In this document: positions 9,735-19,499 of the stretch, in pieces
How positions within the stretch are numbered: the stretch's first letter is position 1
How the letters are laid out: every line of letters begins with the position of its first letter
Origin: Oscillospiraceae bacterium
Lineage (GTDB): Bacteria; Bacillota; Clostridia; Oscillospirales; Oscillospiraceae
Reading direction: 5' to 3'
Assembly (NCBI GenBank): GCA_029067025.1
Contig: JAIEFH010000041.1
Coordinates: 1-47,657, forward strand
Length of the DNA: 47,657 nucleotides
Position numbers and translations under genes: made by a program
The notes under the pieces: generated by a model
Seen by the model: the letters and a program-made list of their open reading frames with translations, nothing else
Told to the model about the DNA's origin: nothing
Database searches by the model: none

Positions 9735-10730
9735 TTACTTGCCCCCCTTGGGCTGGTTGGGCTCCACGGTGTCGAACACGCTCTTAGCGCTGGCGCACAG
9801 GCCGGCCAGCCCCTGCAGCTCGCTGGGAATGATGATCTTGGTGGCCCGGCCGTCGGCGGCCTTCTGGAAGGCCTCCAGCGCCTTGATCTTCAGCACGCCC
9901 TCACCGGGGGCGGCCTCGTTGATGAGCTTGATGGCGTCGGCGGTGGCCTGCTGCACCTTCAAAATGGCCTCGGACTCGGCCTCGGCGGCCAGGATCTTGG
10001 CGGTCTTTTCGGCCTCGGCCTCCATGATCTTGGCCTGCTTGGCGGCATCGGCCCGCAGGATGGCGGACTGCTTCTCGCCCTCGGCAACCAGGATCTGGGA
10101 CTGCTTCTGGCCCTCGGCCTGGAGGATGGCCTCGCGGCGCTCACGCTCGGCGCGCATCTGCTTCTCCATGGACTCCTGGATGTCACGGGGCGGCATGATG
10201 TTCTTCAGCTCCACGCGGTTGACCTTGATGCCCCAGGGGTCGGTGGCCTCGTCCAGGATGGCCCGCATCTGGGTATTGATGTGGTCACGGCTGGTCAGGG
10301 ACTGGTCCAGCTCCAGATCGCCGATGATGTTACGCAGGGTGGTGGCGGTCAGGTTCTCAATGGCGGCCATGGGGTGCTCCACGCCGTAGGTGTACAGCTT
10401 GGGGTCAGTGATCTGGAAGTACAGCACGGTGTCGATCTGCATGGTGACGTTGTCCTTGGTGATGACGGGCTGGGGATCGAAGTCAACCACCTGCTCCTTG
10501 AGGGACACGGTCTTGGCCACGCGCTCGATGAAGGGCACCTTCAGATGCAGGCCCACGCTCCACACGGAGTGGAAAGCGCCCAGGCGCTCGATGACCACGG
10601 CCTTGGACTGCTGAACCACCTTCACGTTGGACGCCAGGATGCCCAACAGGACGATGATGACGAGCAGGACAATGACGGGGCCCACAATATCCCCAATGTA
10701 GATAGCTCCGGCCAGTGCGAATGTTTTCAT
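9735..10730 (-). CDS. SPFH/Band 7/PHB (QmcA/stomatin-like) protein
   Basis: VIERLG, QPVITKDNV, TLRNIIG, WGIKVNRVE, AERERR; AGGAGG before ATG 10730. Confidence 0.93.
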   Translation of the reverse strand: MKTFALAGAIYIGDIVGPVIVLLVIIVLLGILASNVKVVQQSKAVVIERLGAFHSVWSVGLHLKVPFIERVAKTVSLKEQVVDFDPQPVITKDNVTMQIDTVLYFQITDPKLYTYGVEHPMAAIENLTATTLRNIIGDLELDQSLTSRDHINTQMRAILDEATDPWGIKVNRVELKNIMPPRDIQESMEKQMRAERERREAILQAEGQKQSQILVAEGEKQSAILRADAAKQAKIMEAEAEKTAKILAAEAESEAILKVQQATADAIKLINEAAPGEGVLKIKALEAFQKAADGRATKIIIPSELQGLAGLCASAKSVFDTVEPNQPKGGK

Positions 10731-10768
10731 TTGATTACCTCCTAAAATATATAAAATAATGCCTTTGG

Positions 10769-11257
10769 TTACCAACTCTTGGGCTCGCTGGCGACGATGG
10801 AGACGGCAATGGGCTCCACGAACACCTTGACCCCCTCGATGCGCAGCACCCTCACCCGGGTTCCGGCGGCGATGATGCTGTCGTCCTCACTCCGGGCAGA
10901 CCAGACCATCCCCCGGATGATGACCGCCCCCTTGCCGTGGATGTTGTCAATGTCCTCCGTCACCTGGGCCTCCGCCCCAATGACACGGTCGGCGTTGGTG
11001 GGTTCCACCCGGTCATTCAGGTGCCGCTTGGCCAGGGGCCGCACGGCGGCCAGGCACAGCAGGCTCACCGCCAAAAACAAGGTGATCTGGATCCACAGCG
11101 GCCCGCCCAGCAGCGCGGCGATGAGGGCACACAGCGCCCCGGCCGCGAACCAGATGGAGGTCAGCCCCACGGTGACGGCCTCGCTGGCGGCAAAGACAAT
11201 CAGCAGCACCAGCCAGAGAATCTTCTGAACGGATTCCGCGTCTAGATTGAACGGCAT
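10769..11257 (-). CDS. NfeD family protein
   Basis: N-terminal TMs plus OB domain (TNADRVIG, WSARS, VLRIEGVKVFV); adjacent to SPFH gene. Confidence 0.92.
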   Translation of the reverse strand: MPFNLDAESVQKILWLVLLIVFAASEAVTVGLTSIWFAAGALCALIAALLGGPLWIQITLFLAVSLLCLAAVRPLAKRHLNDRVEPTNADRVIGAEAQVTEDIDNIHGKGAVIIRGMVWSARSEDDSIIAAGTRVRVLRIEGVKVFVEPIAVSIVASEPKSW

Positions 11258-11476
11258 ACTCCACAACTCCTTTCTCAGTGTTCTTCCAGTGTACCACAAA
11301 CAGGGCCAGGAGGAAAGAAGTTTTTCGCATATATTTTCATATTATTGTTGCCAGCGCTTCCATTTTACATTATACTAAGCTTTGTAAAATATTTCCCCTG
11401 CCCATGACAGAATACTACACCTTTCACCGGGTATAAAGTCAAGGGGTTGTGCAAAATTTTTTGAACGGAGCTTTTT

Positions 11477-12598
11477 ATGGGAGAAACCTTACAGTTTGTC
11501 ATACCTGCCCTGATGGGGGTTGAATCCACGGTGGCCTATGAGCTGAAAAAGCTGGGGCTGGCTCAGGTGAAGGCGGAAAACGGCCGGGTGCTGTGTCAGG
11601 GCGCCCCCGCGGACGTCCCCCGAATCAATTTAAACCTGCGCACCGGAGCCCGTCTGCTGCTGTGCCTCGGCTCTTTCCAGGCCCGCTCCTTTGAGGAACT
11701 GTTTGAGGGCTGCGCCGCCCTGCCCTGGGAGGACTACATCCCCCGGGAGGGCCGCTTCCCAGTGAAGGGCTACACCATCAATTCCCAGCTCCACTCGGTG
11801 CCCGCCTGCCAGTCCATCCTGAAAAAGGCACTGTGCAAAAGGTTGGGGTCGGTGTATGGTTTGTCGGAGCTGCCGGAAACCGGGGCTTTGTACCAGGTGC
11901 AGTTCTCCATTTTAAAGGATCAAGTCACTTTAATGTTGGACACCTCTGGGGACAGCCTGTACAAACGAGGCTACCGGGCCCAGAACATGGGCGCGCCCCT
12001 GCGGGAGACCCTGGCGGCGGCGCTGGTGTCCCTGTCCAGATACAAGGGTCGGGACCCCTTCTGCGACCCCTTCTGCGGCTCGGGTACCATCCCCATTGAG
12101 GCGGCGCTCATTGCCAAGAACCGGGCCCCGGGCTTAAACCGCTCCTTCGCCGCCCAGAAGTGGCGCTGGCTGCCCTCCAGGCTGTGGATGGACGCGGCCG
12201 ACGAGGCCATGGATCACGAGTTCCACGGCTCCTACGACATCTGGGGCGGGGACATCGACCCCGCCGCCGTGGAGCTGTCCCGGCACAACGCAGAGCTTGC
12301 CGGGGTGGAGGACACGGTGCGCTTTGACGTGGCGGACGCGGCGAAATTCCACCGGGACGAGCCAAAGGGGCGGGTGGTGACCAACCCGCCCTACGGGGAG
12401 CGTCTGCTGGAAAAGAAAGAGGCGGAGGAGCTGTACCGGGCCTTTGGCCGTGCGGCGGCAAATCTGCCTCAGGGCTGGCAGGTGAACGTGCTGTCCTCCC
12501 ACACCGAGTTTGAGCGAACCTTTGGCAGGAGCGCGGACAAAAAGCGGAAGCTCTACAACGGCATGATTAAATGTGACCTTTTTATATATGGGGTATAG
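11477..12598 (+). CDS. THUMP-domain class I SAM-dependent rRNA methyltransferase (RlmL/YpsC-like)
   Basis: SLYKRGYR, APLRETLAAA, DPFCGSGTIPIEAA, TNPPYGER. Confidence 0.92.
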   Translation: MGETLQFVIPALMGVESTVAYELKKLGLAQVKAENGRVLCQGAPADVPRINLNLRTGARLLLCLGSFQARSFEELFEGCAALPWEDYIPREGRFPVKGYTINSQLHSVPACQSILKKALCKRLGSVYGLSELPETGALYQVQFSILKDQVTLMLDTSGDSLYKRGYRAQNMGAPLRETLAAALVSLSRYKGRDPFCDPFCGSGTIPIEAALIAKNRAPGLNRSFAAQKWRWLPSRLWMDAADEAMDHEFHGSYDIWGGDIDPAAVELSRHNAELAGVEDTVRFDVADAAKFHRDEPKGRVVTNPPYGERLLEKKEAEELYRAFGRAAANLPQGWQVNVLSSHTEFERTFGRSADKKRKLYNGMIKCDLFIYGV

Positions 12599-12606
12599 CA
12601 TTTTCA

Positions 12607-12732
12607 GCGCGGCGAAGCCGCGCCCCAAAGCGGAGCCCAACGAAGTGGGTCCGCTTTGGAGAGGACAAGCAACGGAATGTAGCGAATGTCGGCCGATAGG
12701 CAGACGGAGCGGAATGGAGTTTGCGAGGACGA
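12607..12732 (+). repeat. Dispersed multi-hairpin (REP/MITE-like) element, copy 1
   Basis: Shares GAGCCCAACGAAGTGGGTC and GGAGAGGA..AGCAA.GGA...TTTGCGA.GACGA with 25291-25414. Confidence 0.75.
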
Positions 12733-12746
12733 AGGAGGGATGGGCC

Positions 12747-13658
12747 ATGCGGCACGTCTTCATCATCAATCCCAAAGCGGGAAAAAAGAAAGGCGCCAAG
12801 CTGTTGGAGGAAAACATCCGAAAGCTGGACGTACCCTATGAGATTATTTACACCAAGCAGGCCGGCGACGCCTGCCGCATCGCCCGGGAGGCGTCGGAGG
12901 GCGGCGATGAGGTGCGCATCTACGCCTGCGGCGGGGACGGCACCTTGAACGAAGTGGTGAACGGCGCGGCGGGGCACGACAATGCCGCCGTTACCAACGT
13001 GCCCATCGGCACGGGCAACGACTTTTTAAAGCTCTTCGGCAAGGAAAACAAAGCCCGGTTCACCGATCTGAAGGCCCTGTCGGAGGGGCCCCAGGCCGCC
13101 ATGGATCTCATCGACTGCAACGGCCATCTGGGTCTCAACACCGTCTGCGCCGGCCTGGACGCCCGCATCGCCGCGGACAAGGACAAATACAACGGCCTCC
13201 CCCTGGTCAGCGGCATCGGGGCCTACGCCATCTCCGCCGTGGCCAACGCGCTGTTTAAGAGCATCTCCCAGCCCATGACGGTGGACATGGGGGACTTCCA
13301 CTACGAGGGGAAGGGCACCATCATCTGCGTGTGCAGCGGGCGGTACTATGGCGGTGGCTTCATGCCCATAGGGGACAATATGCCAGACGACGGCCTGCTG
13401 GAGACCCTGGTGGTGCGCAAGGTGAGCCGCCTCACCTTCTTCCGCCTGATCGGGGAATACGGCAAGGGCCGGTACGCCAAATACCCCGACCTGATCCAGT
13501 ACGACCAGGGGGACGGGGTCACCGTCCGCAGCCCCCAGGAGCTGGTGGCGGCGGTGGACGGCGAGATACTGCGCTCCCACGAGCTGAACATCCGGCTGTC
13601 GGACAAGAAGATGAATTTCTTCTATCCGGCGGGGCTGAACTACGAACCGAAGGTGTAA
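12747..13658 (+). CDS. YegS/Rv2252/BmrU-type diacylglycerol kinase family lipid kinase
   Basis: IINPKAG, GGDGTLNEVVNG, PIGTGNDF, YYGGG, VDGE. Confidence 0.92.
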   Translation: MRHVFIINPKAGKKKGAKLLEENIRKLDVPYEIIYTKQAGDACRIAREASEGGDEVRIYACGGDGTLNEVVNGAAGHDNAAVTNVPIGTGNDFLKLFGKENKARFTDLKALSEGPQAAMDLIDCNGHLGLNTVCAGLDARIAADKDKYNGLPLVSGIGAYAISAVANALFKSISQPMTVDMGDFHYEGKGTIICVCSGRYYGGGFMPIGDNMPDDGLLETLVVRKVSRLTFFRLIGEYGKGRYAKYPDLIQYDQGDGVTVRSPQELVAAVDGEILRSHELNIRLSDKKMNFFYPAGLNYEPKV

Positions 13659-13697
13659 AAAGCAAAACCTCCCTGACGAAGCCAGGGAGCCGAATTG

Positions 13698-13740
13698 AAC
13701 AGGAGCGACAGGGTCAAAAACCTTGCCGCTCCTGTTTTTT
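13698..13740 (+). terminator. Rho-independent terminator
   Basis: AACAGGAGCG...CGCTCCTGTT plus T-run. Confidence 0.7.
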
Positions 13741-13789
13741 AGAGCCTGTCCCGAAATAAGCGGGGACAATGTCCCCAGCTTATTGCCTT

Positions 13790-15868
13790 TTACCAGGTCA
13801 ATTCCAGATACAGATCCTTATACTGTTTTGCGGAGTTCTCCCAGGACAGGTCTTTATCCATATCCCGCTGTACCATTTCGTCCCAGCACCAGCGATTCTC
13901 AAAATAGAATGTCTTGGCCCTGTTGATGGCGTCCAGCAGCAGGCCGGCGTCGTAGCGGTCAAACGTAAACCCATTACCTGAATTGAAGTGCATATTGTAG
14001 GGCTCTACCGTATCCCTCAGACCACCGGTCTCCCGGACGATGGGAATCGTGCCGTAGTGCATAGCGATCAGCTGCGTCAGTCCGCAGGGCTCAAACTGGG
14101 ACGGAACCAACAGAGCGTCCGCGCCCGCGTAAATCCTATGGGCCCGTGTCTCATCGTACATGATGTTGGAGCACACATTCCCCTTGTAGGCGCCTTCATA
14201 ATACCGGAAAGAGTTTTCATATACCCAATCCCCGGTGCCCAGCACCACGATCTGCGTATGCTCATCCATGACCTGCGGAATGATGGCATTGAGCAGGTCC
14301 AATCCCTTCTGGTTTGTCAGCCGGGAAATCAGCCCGATCACAAATTTGTGGTCGTCCTGAACCAGCCCCAATTCCTCTTGGAGCCTGCGCTTGTTTTCCT
14401 TCTTCTTGTCCAGCACATTGGTGATGTTGTAATTGACGTGCAGCCTGGTATCCGTATCGGGATTCCAAATGTCGTAGTCGATGCCGTTCACAATGCCGCG
14501 CAGTTTGCTGGAGTGATACCGCAGATGGGCGTCCAGGCCCTCGCCGTAGTACGGGCTTTGGATCTCGCCCGCGTAGGTCTGGCTCACCGTCGTGATGACA
14601 TTGGAGTAGGTCAGCCCGCCCTTCAGCATATTCGCGTCGGTCCAGTTGGTCGTTAAGGCGTCCTTGTTAAAGACATAATCCGGCAGCCCGGACCAGTAAT
14701 GGATGGTCGGAATGTTGTAGATCCCCTGGAACCGGAGGTTGTGGATGGTCAGGATGGTCTTTGCGGTGGTCAGCTTCGTGTTGGCGAACAGGGTCCTCAG
14801 ATAGACCGGAACCAGGGCGGCCTGCCAATCGTGGCAATGAATGATATTGGGAACCCAATCCATATAGTTCAGCGCCGCCAGGGCCGCTTTGGCAAAATAG
14901 CAGTATTTCGGAATGTCATCAATGAGATTGGTATATGGATTGCCGTTGCTGAAGAATTCCTCGTTGTCAATGAAATCATATACCACGCCGTCCCAGACAT
15001 ACTCCATGATACCCACATAGAAGGACCGGCCGTCCGCGCAGAGATCCATCTCAAAGGAGCCGCGGTAGATCATTTTCTCCTGGTACTCCCACGGGATACA
15101 TTTGTACCGCGGAAGGATGACCTTCACATCGCAGTTCTGCTTCACCAGCGCCTTGGGGAGCGCGTACATCACGTCGCCCAGGCCCCCGGTCTTAACAAAG
15201 GGATAGCATTCCGAGCCGATAAACGCGACGCTTCTTCTGGGGGACATATAGACTTCCTGCGGCGCGGCTTCTTCCACAGGCATGGCTACATCCACAGGCT
15301 CTACCTCCGAAGGTTCTTCCACGACCACTTCCACAAGCTCCGCAGCCTTAGGTTCCTCCGCTGCCGCTTCCACGGGCTCTGCCGCCGAAGGTTCCTCCAC
15401 GGCCGCTTCCACAGGCTCTGTCGCCGAAGGTTCCTCCACGGCCGCTTCCACAGGCTCCGCAGCCTTAGGTTCTTCCGCGACCGCTTCCACAGGCTCTGCA
15501 GCCTTAGGTTCTTCCGTGACCGCTTCCACAGGCTCTATAGCCTTAGGTTCTTCCGTGACCGCTTCCACAGGCTCTATAGCCGTAGGTTCTTCCGCTGCCG
15601 CTTCCACAGGTTCTATAGCCTTAGGTTCCTCCGCGGCCGCTTCCTTGTGCGCCGTCTCCGGCAGTCCTTTCTGGACTGCCTTTTTGCGCTTTGCCTTTGG
15701 CGGAGCCTCAACGATCACTTCCGCGGCGTTGGGGTCTTGTGCTTTGATCTCCTCGATCGGCTCCTCCACCTTGCTCTTTTTGGCAGCCTGAGTCTTGCGC
15801 TTTGCCGCGGCTGCTGTCGCTGGGGTTTTACTCTTTCTGCCGGTTTTCGCGGTATCCTTTTTTACCAT
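13790..15868 (-). CDS. glgA: Glycogen synthase with about 210-aa low-complexity N-terminal extension
   Basis: PFVKTGGLGDV, IHCHDWQ, TIHNLRFQG, PSQFEPCGLTQL, RETGGLRDTV. Confidence 0.93.
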   Translation of the reverse strand: MVKKDTAKTGRKSKTPATAAAAKRKTQAAKKSKVEEPIEEIKAQDPNAAEVIVEAPPKAKRKKAVQKGLPETAHKEAAAEEPKAIEPVEAAAEEPTAIEPVEAVTEEPKAIEPVEAVTEEPKAAEPVEAVAEEPKAAEPVEAAVEEPSATEPVEAAVEEPSAAEPVEAAAEEPKAAELVEVVVEEPSEVEPVDVAMPVEEAAPQEVYMSPRRSVAFIGSECYPFVKTGGLGDVMYALPKALVKQNCDVKVILPRYKCIPWEYQEKMIYRGSFEMDLCADGRSFYVGIMEYVWDGVVYDFIDNEEFFSNGNPYTNLIDDIPKYCYFAKAALAALNYMDWVPNIIHCHDWQAALVPVYLRTLFANTKLTTAKTILTIHNLRFQGIYNIPTIHYWSGLPDYVFNKDALTTNWTDANMLKGGLTYSNVITTVSQTYAGEIQSPYYGEGLDAHLRYHSSKLRGIVNGIDYDIWNPDTDTRLHVNYNITNVLDKKKENKRRLQEELGLVQDDHKFVIGLISRLTNQKGLDLLNAIIPQVMDEHTQIVVLGTGDWVYENSFRYYEGAYKGNVCSNIMYDETRAHRIYAGADALLVPSQFEPCGLTQLIAMHYGTIPIVRETGGLRDTVEPYNMHFNSGNGFTFDRYDAGLLLDAINRAKTFYFENRWCWDEMVQRDMDKDLSWENSAKQYKDLYLELTW
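15293..15643 (-). repeat. 9 tandem copies of a 39-bp (13-aa) coding repeat, consensus EAAxEEPkAxEPV
   Basis: Counted directly in DNA and translation. Confidence 0.92.
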
Positions 15869-15983
15869 TTTGTATCACCTCGTATAATAAATCGTCAAAC
15901 TTTGTTTGTTCGCCTATGCTTTGATCAGGGTACATCCAGTCTCTATCCAGTATTATACATTAAATCATCATGTATCATCCCCA

Positions 15984-16151
15984 TTAAAATTTCTCTTTCC
16001 CAGCTCCGACCTCAAAATAGTACTTAGGATCCATCTTCACATAGAAGGCGTGGCCCAGAGTGATGGCAGCGCACAGCCCATCCGGCTTCAGGGGTTTATT
16101 CAAATACCGCCGGACGCTGTGCCACGCTTGGATCGCTTCCGATTCTGTCAT
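15984..16151 (-). pseudogene. Nitroreductase-family remnant with internal deletion
   Basis: N-terminal EAIQAWHSVRRY plus C-terminal KYYFEVGAGKEKF motifs within 55 aa; GGAGG RBS. Confidence 0.6.
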
Positions 16152-16376
16152 GTATATTGCCTCCAATCGCTGAGCGAAATTATTATAACACACTTGCGTA
16201 TCAAAGGGAATCGAAGCGGATACTTTTTTATGCCTCTTATCCCGGGCGTCGGGCCTGTGGTATGACGAAAGCACAGATCAGAACTATGGAGGTCTCGGGA
16301 TGAATACGATTGACAAGCTATTTCGTTGCGGTTACACTGGACTCGGCAGAGCGTAAGCAGCAAAGGAGCGAATTTC

Positions 16377-17354
16377 ATGAAAAAAGTGATCGGTACAATG
16401 ATTGCATCCATCTTGATCGCGGTGTGTTTTGCTGGATGCGGTCAGCGGCTGGAAATCCCGGATTACTCCGATAGGGGAAATTGGGCGTATTATGAAACAG
16501 AAAATTGTCAAAAAGCGGTCGATGTATTTTTCGTCTGCCCGACAGTCTATGGCGGCTCGGAATCCCAGTATAATATGAGCCTTTCCGATTCAGAAAGCAA
16601 GGCATCTTTTTTGGGCGCGATCAACATGGAAAAAGGGATCTATGATGCAGACGGCCGATTTTTTGCGCCATATTATCGGCAGGCCGGACTGCAAGTGTAT
16701 ACGATGCCGGTCAAAGACCAGGAAACATATTTGAAGGCTGCTTATTTGGATGTGAAGGCCGCGTTTGAGTATTACATGGAGCATTGCAATGATGGGCGTC
16801 CCATTGTCCTGGCCGGTTTTTCCCAAGGGGCGGATCATTGCATCCGCCTGATGAAGGACTGCTTTGCGGATGAGGAGACACGAGAGCTGCTGGTGGCCTG
16901 CTATGCCATTGGCTGGAGGCTGACAGAGGGGGAAATCGAGGAATATCCCCATTTGAAGTTTGCGCAGGGCGAGCAGGACACCGGTGTGATCGTGTCGTTC
17001 AACAGTGAGTCGGAGCAAATCGACGATTCTCTGATGATCCCCAGCGGAACAAAAACGCTGGCTATCAATCCACTGAATTGGAAATGTGATGGAACCATCG
17101 CATACCGGGAGCAGAATATGGGGGCTTGCTTTACCGATTATGAGGGAAATATGATACGGGAAGTTCCGCATTTTACCGGTGCGTACATCGACATGGAGCG
17201 GGGAGCGCTGAAGCTGCCGGACGTTGCCCCGGAAGACTATCCGGCGGGGCTGTCCATTTTTGAGGATGGCGTATACCACATATACGATTATCAATTCTTT
17301 TACAGGAATCTCCAGGAAAACGTGCAGGTGAGAATTAAGGCATTTATGGATTGA
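16377..17354 (+). CDS. DUF3089 domain lipoprotein (alpha/beta-hydrolase-like)
   Basis: Lipobox FAGC; VDVFFVCPT, FAPYYRQ, GFSQG nucleophile elbow, YHIYDY. Confidence 0.85.
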   Translation: MKKVIGTMIASILIAVCFAGCGQRLEIPDYSDRGNWAYYETENCQKAVDVFFVCPTVYGGSESQYNMSLSDSESKASFLGAINMEKGIYDADGRFFAPYYRQAGLQVYTMPVKDQETYLKAAYLDVKAAFEYYMEHCNDGRPIVLAGFSQGADHCIRLMKDCFADEETRELLVACYAIGWRLTEGEIEEYPHLKFAQGEQDTGVIVSFNSESEQIDDSLMIPSGTKTLAINPLNWKCDGTIAYREQNMGACFTDYEGNMIREVPHFTGAYIDMERGALKLPDVAPEDYPAGLSIFEDGVYHIYDYQFFYRNLQENVQVRIKAFMD

Positions 17355-17473
17355 GATTAGGTTGCCGCGTTGATCCGTAAAATTACATTTACAATCGGCC
17401 AAAACCGTGGTATTATATAAAGTTGTTGGAGTTTTTTCCACATAAATGACATGAAAACGAGGAGTGTTCCTTT

Positions 17474-18667
17474 ATGAGCCGTATGGTCGGTACCGTATCC
17501 CGGGGCATCCGCACCCCCATCATCCGCAGTGGGGACGATCTGGTGGAGATCGTAACCGCTTCCCTGCTGGAGGCCGCCGCCGAAGATGGCTTTGCCCTCC
17601 GTGACCGGGACATTGTGGCCATGACTGAGGCCATCGTGGCCCGGGCCCAGGGCAACTACGCCACCGTGGACGACATCGCCGACGACGTCCGGGCCAAGCT
17701 GGGCGGGGAGACGGTAGGCGTCATTTTCCCCATCCTCAGCCGCAACCGCTTTGCCATCTGCCTGCGGGGTATTGCCAAGGGGGCCAAAAAGATCGTCCTT
17801 ATGCTCAGCTACCCCTCCGACGAGGTGGGCAACCACCTCATCAGCCTGAACAACCTGGACGAGAAGGGGGTCGATCCCTACAAAGATGTGCTCACCTTGG
17901 CGCAGTACCGGGAGCTGTTCGGCTATGAGAAGCACCCCTTTACCGGCGTGGACTATGTGGCCTACTACCAGGAGCTCATCGAGGGCTGCGGAGCCGAGGT
18001 GGAAATCATCTTCGCCAACGACCCCCGGGCCATCCTGCCCTACACCAAGAATGTGCTGTGCTGCGACATCCACACCAGAGCGCGCACCAAGCGGCTGTTG
18101 AAGGCCGCCGGCGCCGAAAAGGTGTTCGGTCTGGACGAGATTTTGAACGCCCCCGTCAATGGCAGCGGGTATAACGAGAGCTACGGCTTGCTGGGTTCCA
18201 ACAAGTCCACTGAGGAACAGGTGAAGTTGTTCCCCCGGGACTGCCAGGGGTTGGTGGAGGCCATCCAGAAGAAGCTGCTGGAGAAAACCGGCAAGCATGT
18301 GGAGGTCATGGTCTACGGCGACGGCGCCTTTAAAGACCCGGTGGGCAAGATCTGGGAGCTGGCCGACCCGGTGGTCTCCCCCGCCTACACCGCCGGCCTG
18401 GAGGGCACCCCCAATGAGCTGAAGCTGAAATACCTGGCCGACAACGACTTTGCCCATCTGTCCGGCGACGCGCTGAAGGAGGCCATCAAGGATCGCATCC
18501 ACAAGAAGGACGGGGATCTGGTGGGACAGATGGTGTCGGAGGGCACCACCCCCCGCCGCCTCACCGACCTGATCGGTTCCCTGTGCGATTTGACCTCCGA
18601 TTCCGGCGACAAGGGCACCCCAGTGGTCTTTATCCAGGGGTATTTCGACAACTATACCACAGAGTAA
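17474..18667 (+). CDS. Coenzyme F420-0:L-glutamate ligase (CofE)-like family protein
   Basis: GIRTPIIRSGDDL, TEAIVARAQGN, YGDGAFKDP, GDKGTPVVFIQGY. Confidence 0.8.
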   Translation: MSRMVGTVSRGIRTPIIRSGDDLVEIVTASLLEAAAEDGFALRDRDIVAMTEAIVARAQGNYATVDDIADDVRAKLGGETVGVIFPILSRNRFAICLRGIAKGAKKIVLMLSYPSDEVGNHLISLNNLDEKGVDPYKDVLTLAQYRELFGYEKHPFTGVDYVAYYQELIEGCGAEVEIIFANDPRAILPYTKNVLCCDIHTRARTKRLLKAAGAEKVFGLDEILNAPVNGSGYNESYGLLGSNKSTEEQVKLFPRDCQGLVEAIQKKLLEKTGKHVEVMVYGDGAFKDPVGKIWELADPVVSPAYTAGLEGTPNELKLKYLADNDFAHLSGDALKEAIKDRIHKKDGDLVGQMVSEGTTPRRLTDLIGSLCDLTSDSGDKGTPVVFIQGYFDNYTTE

Positions 18668-18759
18668 AAATGCTGTCGGGTGAAACCCAGCAGGCCATCA
18701 CCGGATAGACCAGCAGCTGAACGCACAAGCGCGGCCCAACACTTTTTCTCCATACGCAT

Positions 18760-19422
18760 CTATTTGAAAATCAGGTTCAGCGCCTGTGTCAGATCGTCCA
18801 CAGTCTCTACATCGTCATGCTCTTGCCTGTGTCCCCGGAGGAGCAGCACCGGCCTGATCCCCGCGCTTCGCGCTCCGACCACATCGGTGTCATAGGAGTC
18901 CCCGATGTGGACGACCTCCTCTGCCGCGCAGCCGCTAAGCCGCAGAGCCTCGTCAAAGATCTCCCGGTGAGGCTTGTAAGCCCGGACGGTGTCACCGCTG
19001 ACCACCCCCGCAACCTTCAATCCGTTGCGGCGCAGGGCCTGCTCCATGTAGGGCAGGCCATTGTTGGTGATGATATAGATGGGAGCTGGGCACTGGTCGA
19101 AAAAGACAGGAGCGTCCGGGAACACTGGGGCGTTGACCCAGTGGCTGCGGATCAGCCCGACCAGCGCGGCGCGGTCATCCGCCAACCCGATCTGTTCCTC
19201 CGCGTCTGAAATGATCCGCTCCACGATCTCATCCTCGGTGAGATACCCATCCAAGTAGCTGTCCGCCTCATAGCGGCGGCGGGTGTCCAGAATAAACTTC
19301 TGGATCTGCCTGGGGTCGTGGAGGACGCTGTGCTTGCAGAAGCGCCCCACAATCTCCGCCATCTCCGGGCTGTGCTCGTTCACCGTCGTCCCCATATAGT
19401 CAATAAAAACTGCTTTGATCAT
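18760..19422 (-). CDS. HAD-superfamily hydrolase
   Basis: FIDYMGT, ITNN, YKPHREIF, HIGDSYDTDVVGA. Confidence 0.9.
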   Translation of the reverse strand: MIKAVFIDYMGTTVNEHSPEMAEIVGRFCKHSVLHDPRQIQKFILDTRRRYEADSYLDGYLTEDEIVERIISDAEEQIGLADDRAALVGLIRSHWVNAPVFPDAPVFFDQCPAPIYIITNNGLPYMEQALRRNGLKVAGVVSGDTVRAYKPHREIFDEALRLSGCAAEEVVHIGDSYDTDVVGARSAGIRPVLLLRGHRQEHDDVETVDDLTQALNLIFK

Positions 19423-19499
19423 CCCAATACCTCTTTCTGGACATTTTTCATTTCCTATGATAGCATAAGGAAAAAGCTGGCGCAAGGAGCGGGTCGCGG

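Noticed and set aside
12573-12746. 58-aa N-terminal extension of the lipid kinase
   Set aside because: It is the open frame through the repeat element; the real start is ATG 12747 after AAGGAGG.
13741-13777. AGAGCCTGTCCCGAAATAA as an IS terminal inverted repeat at the left edge of the glgA patch
   Set aside because: No partner inverted repeat or transposase found in the window.
15293-15643. Regular 39-bp periodicity as a possible CRISPR array
   Set aside because: Units are contiguous with no unique spacers, preserve the glgA frame, and no cas genes are present.
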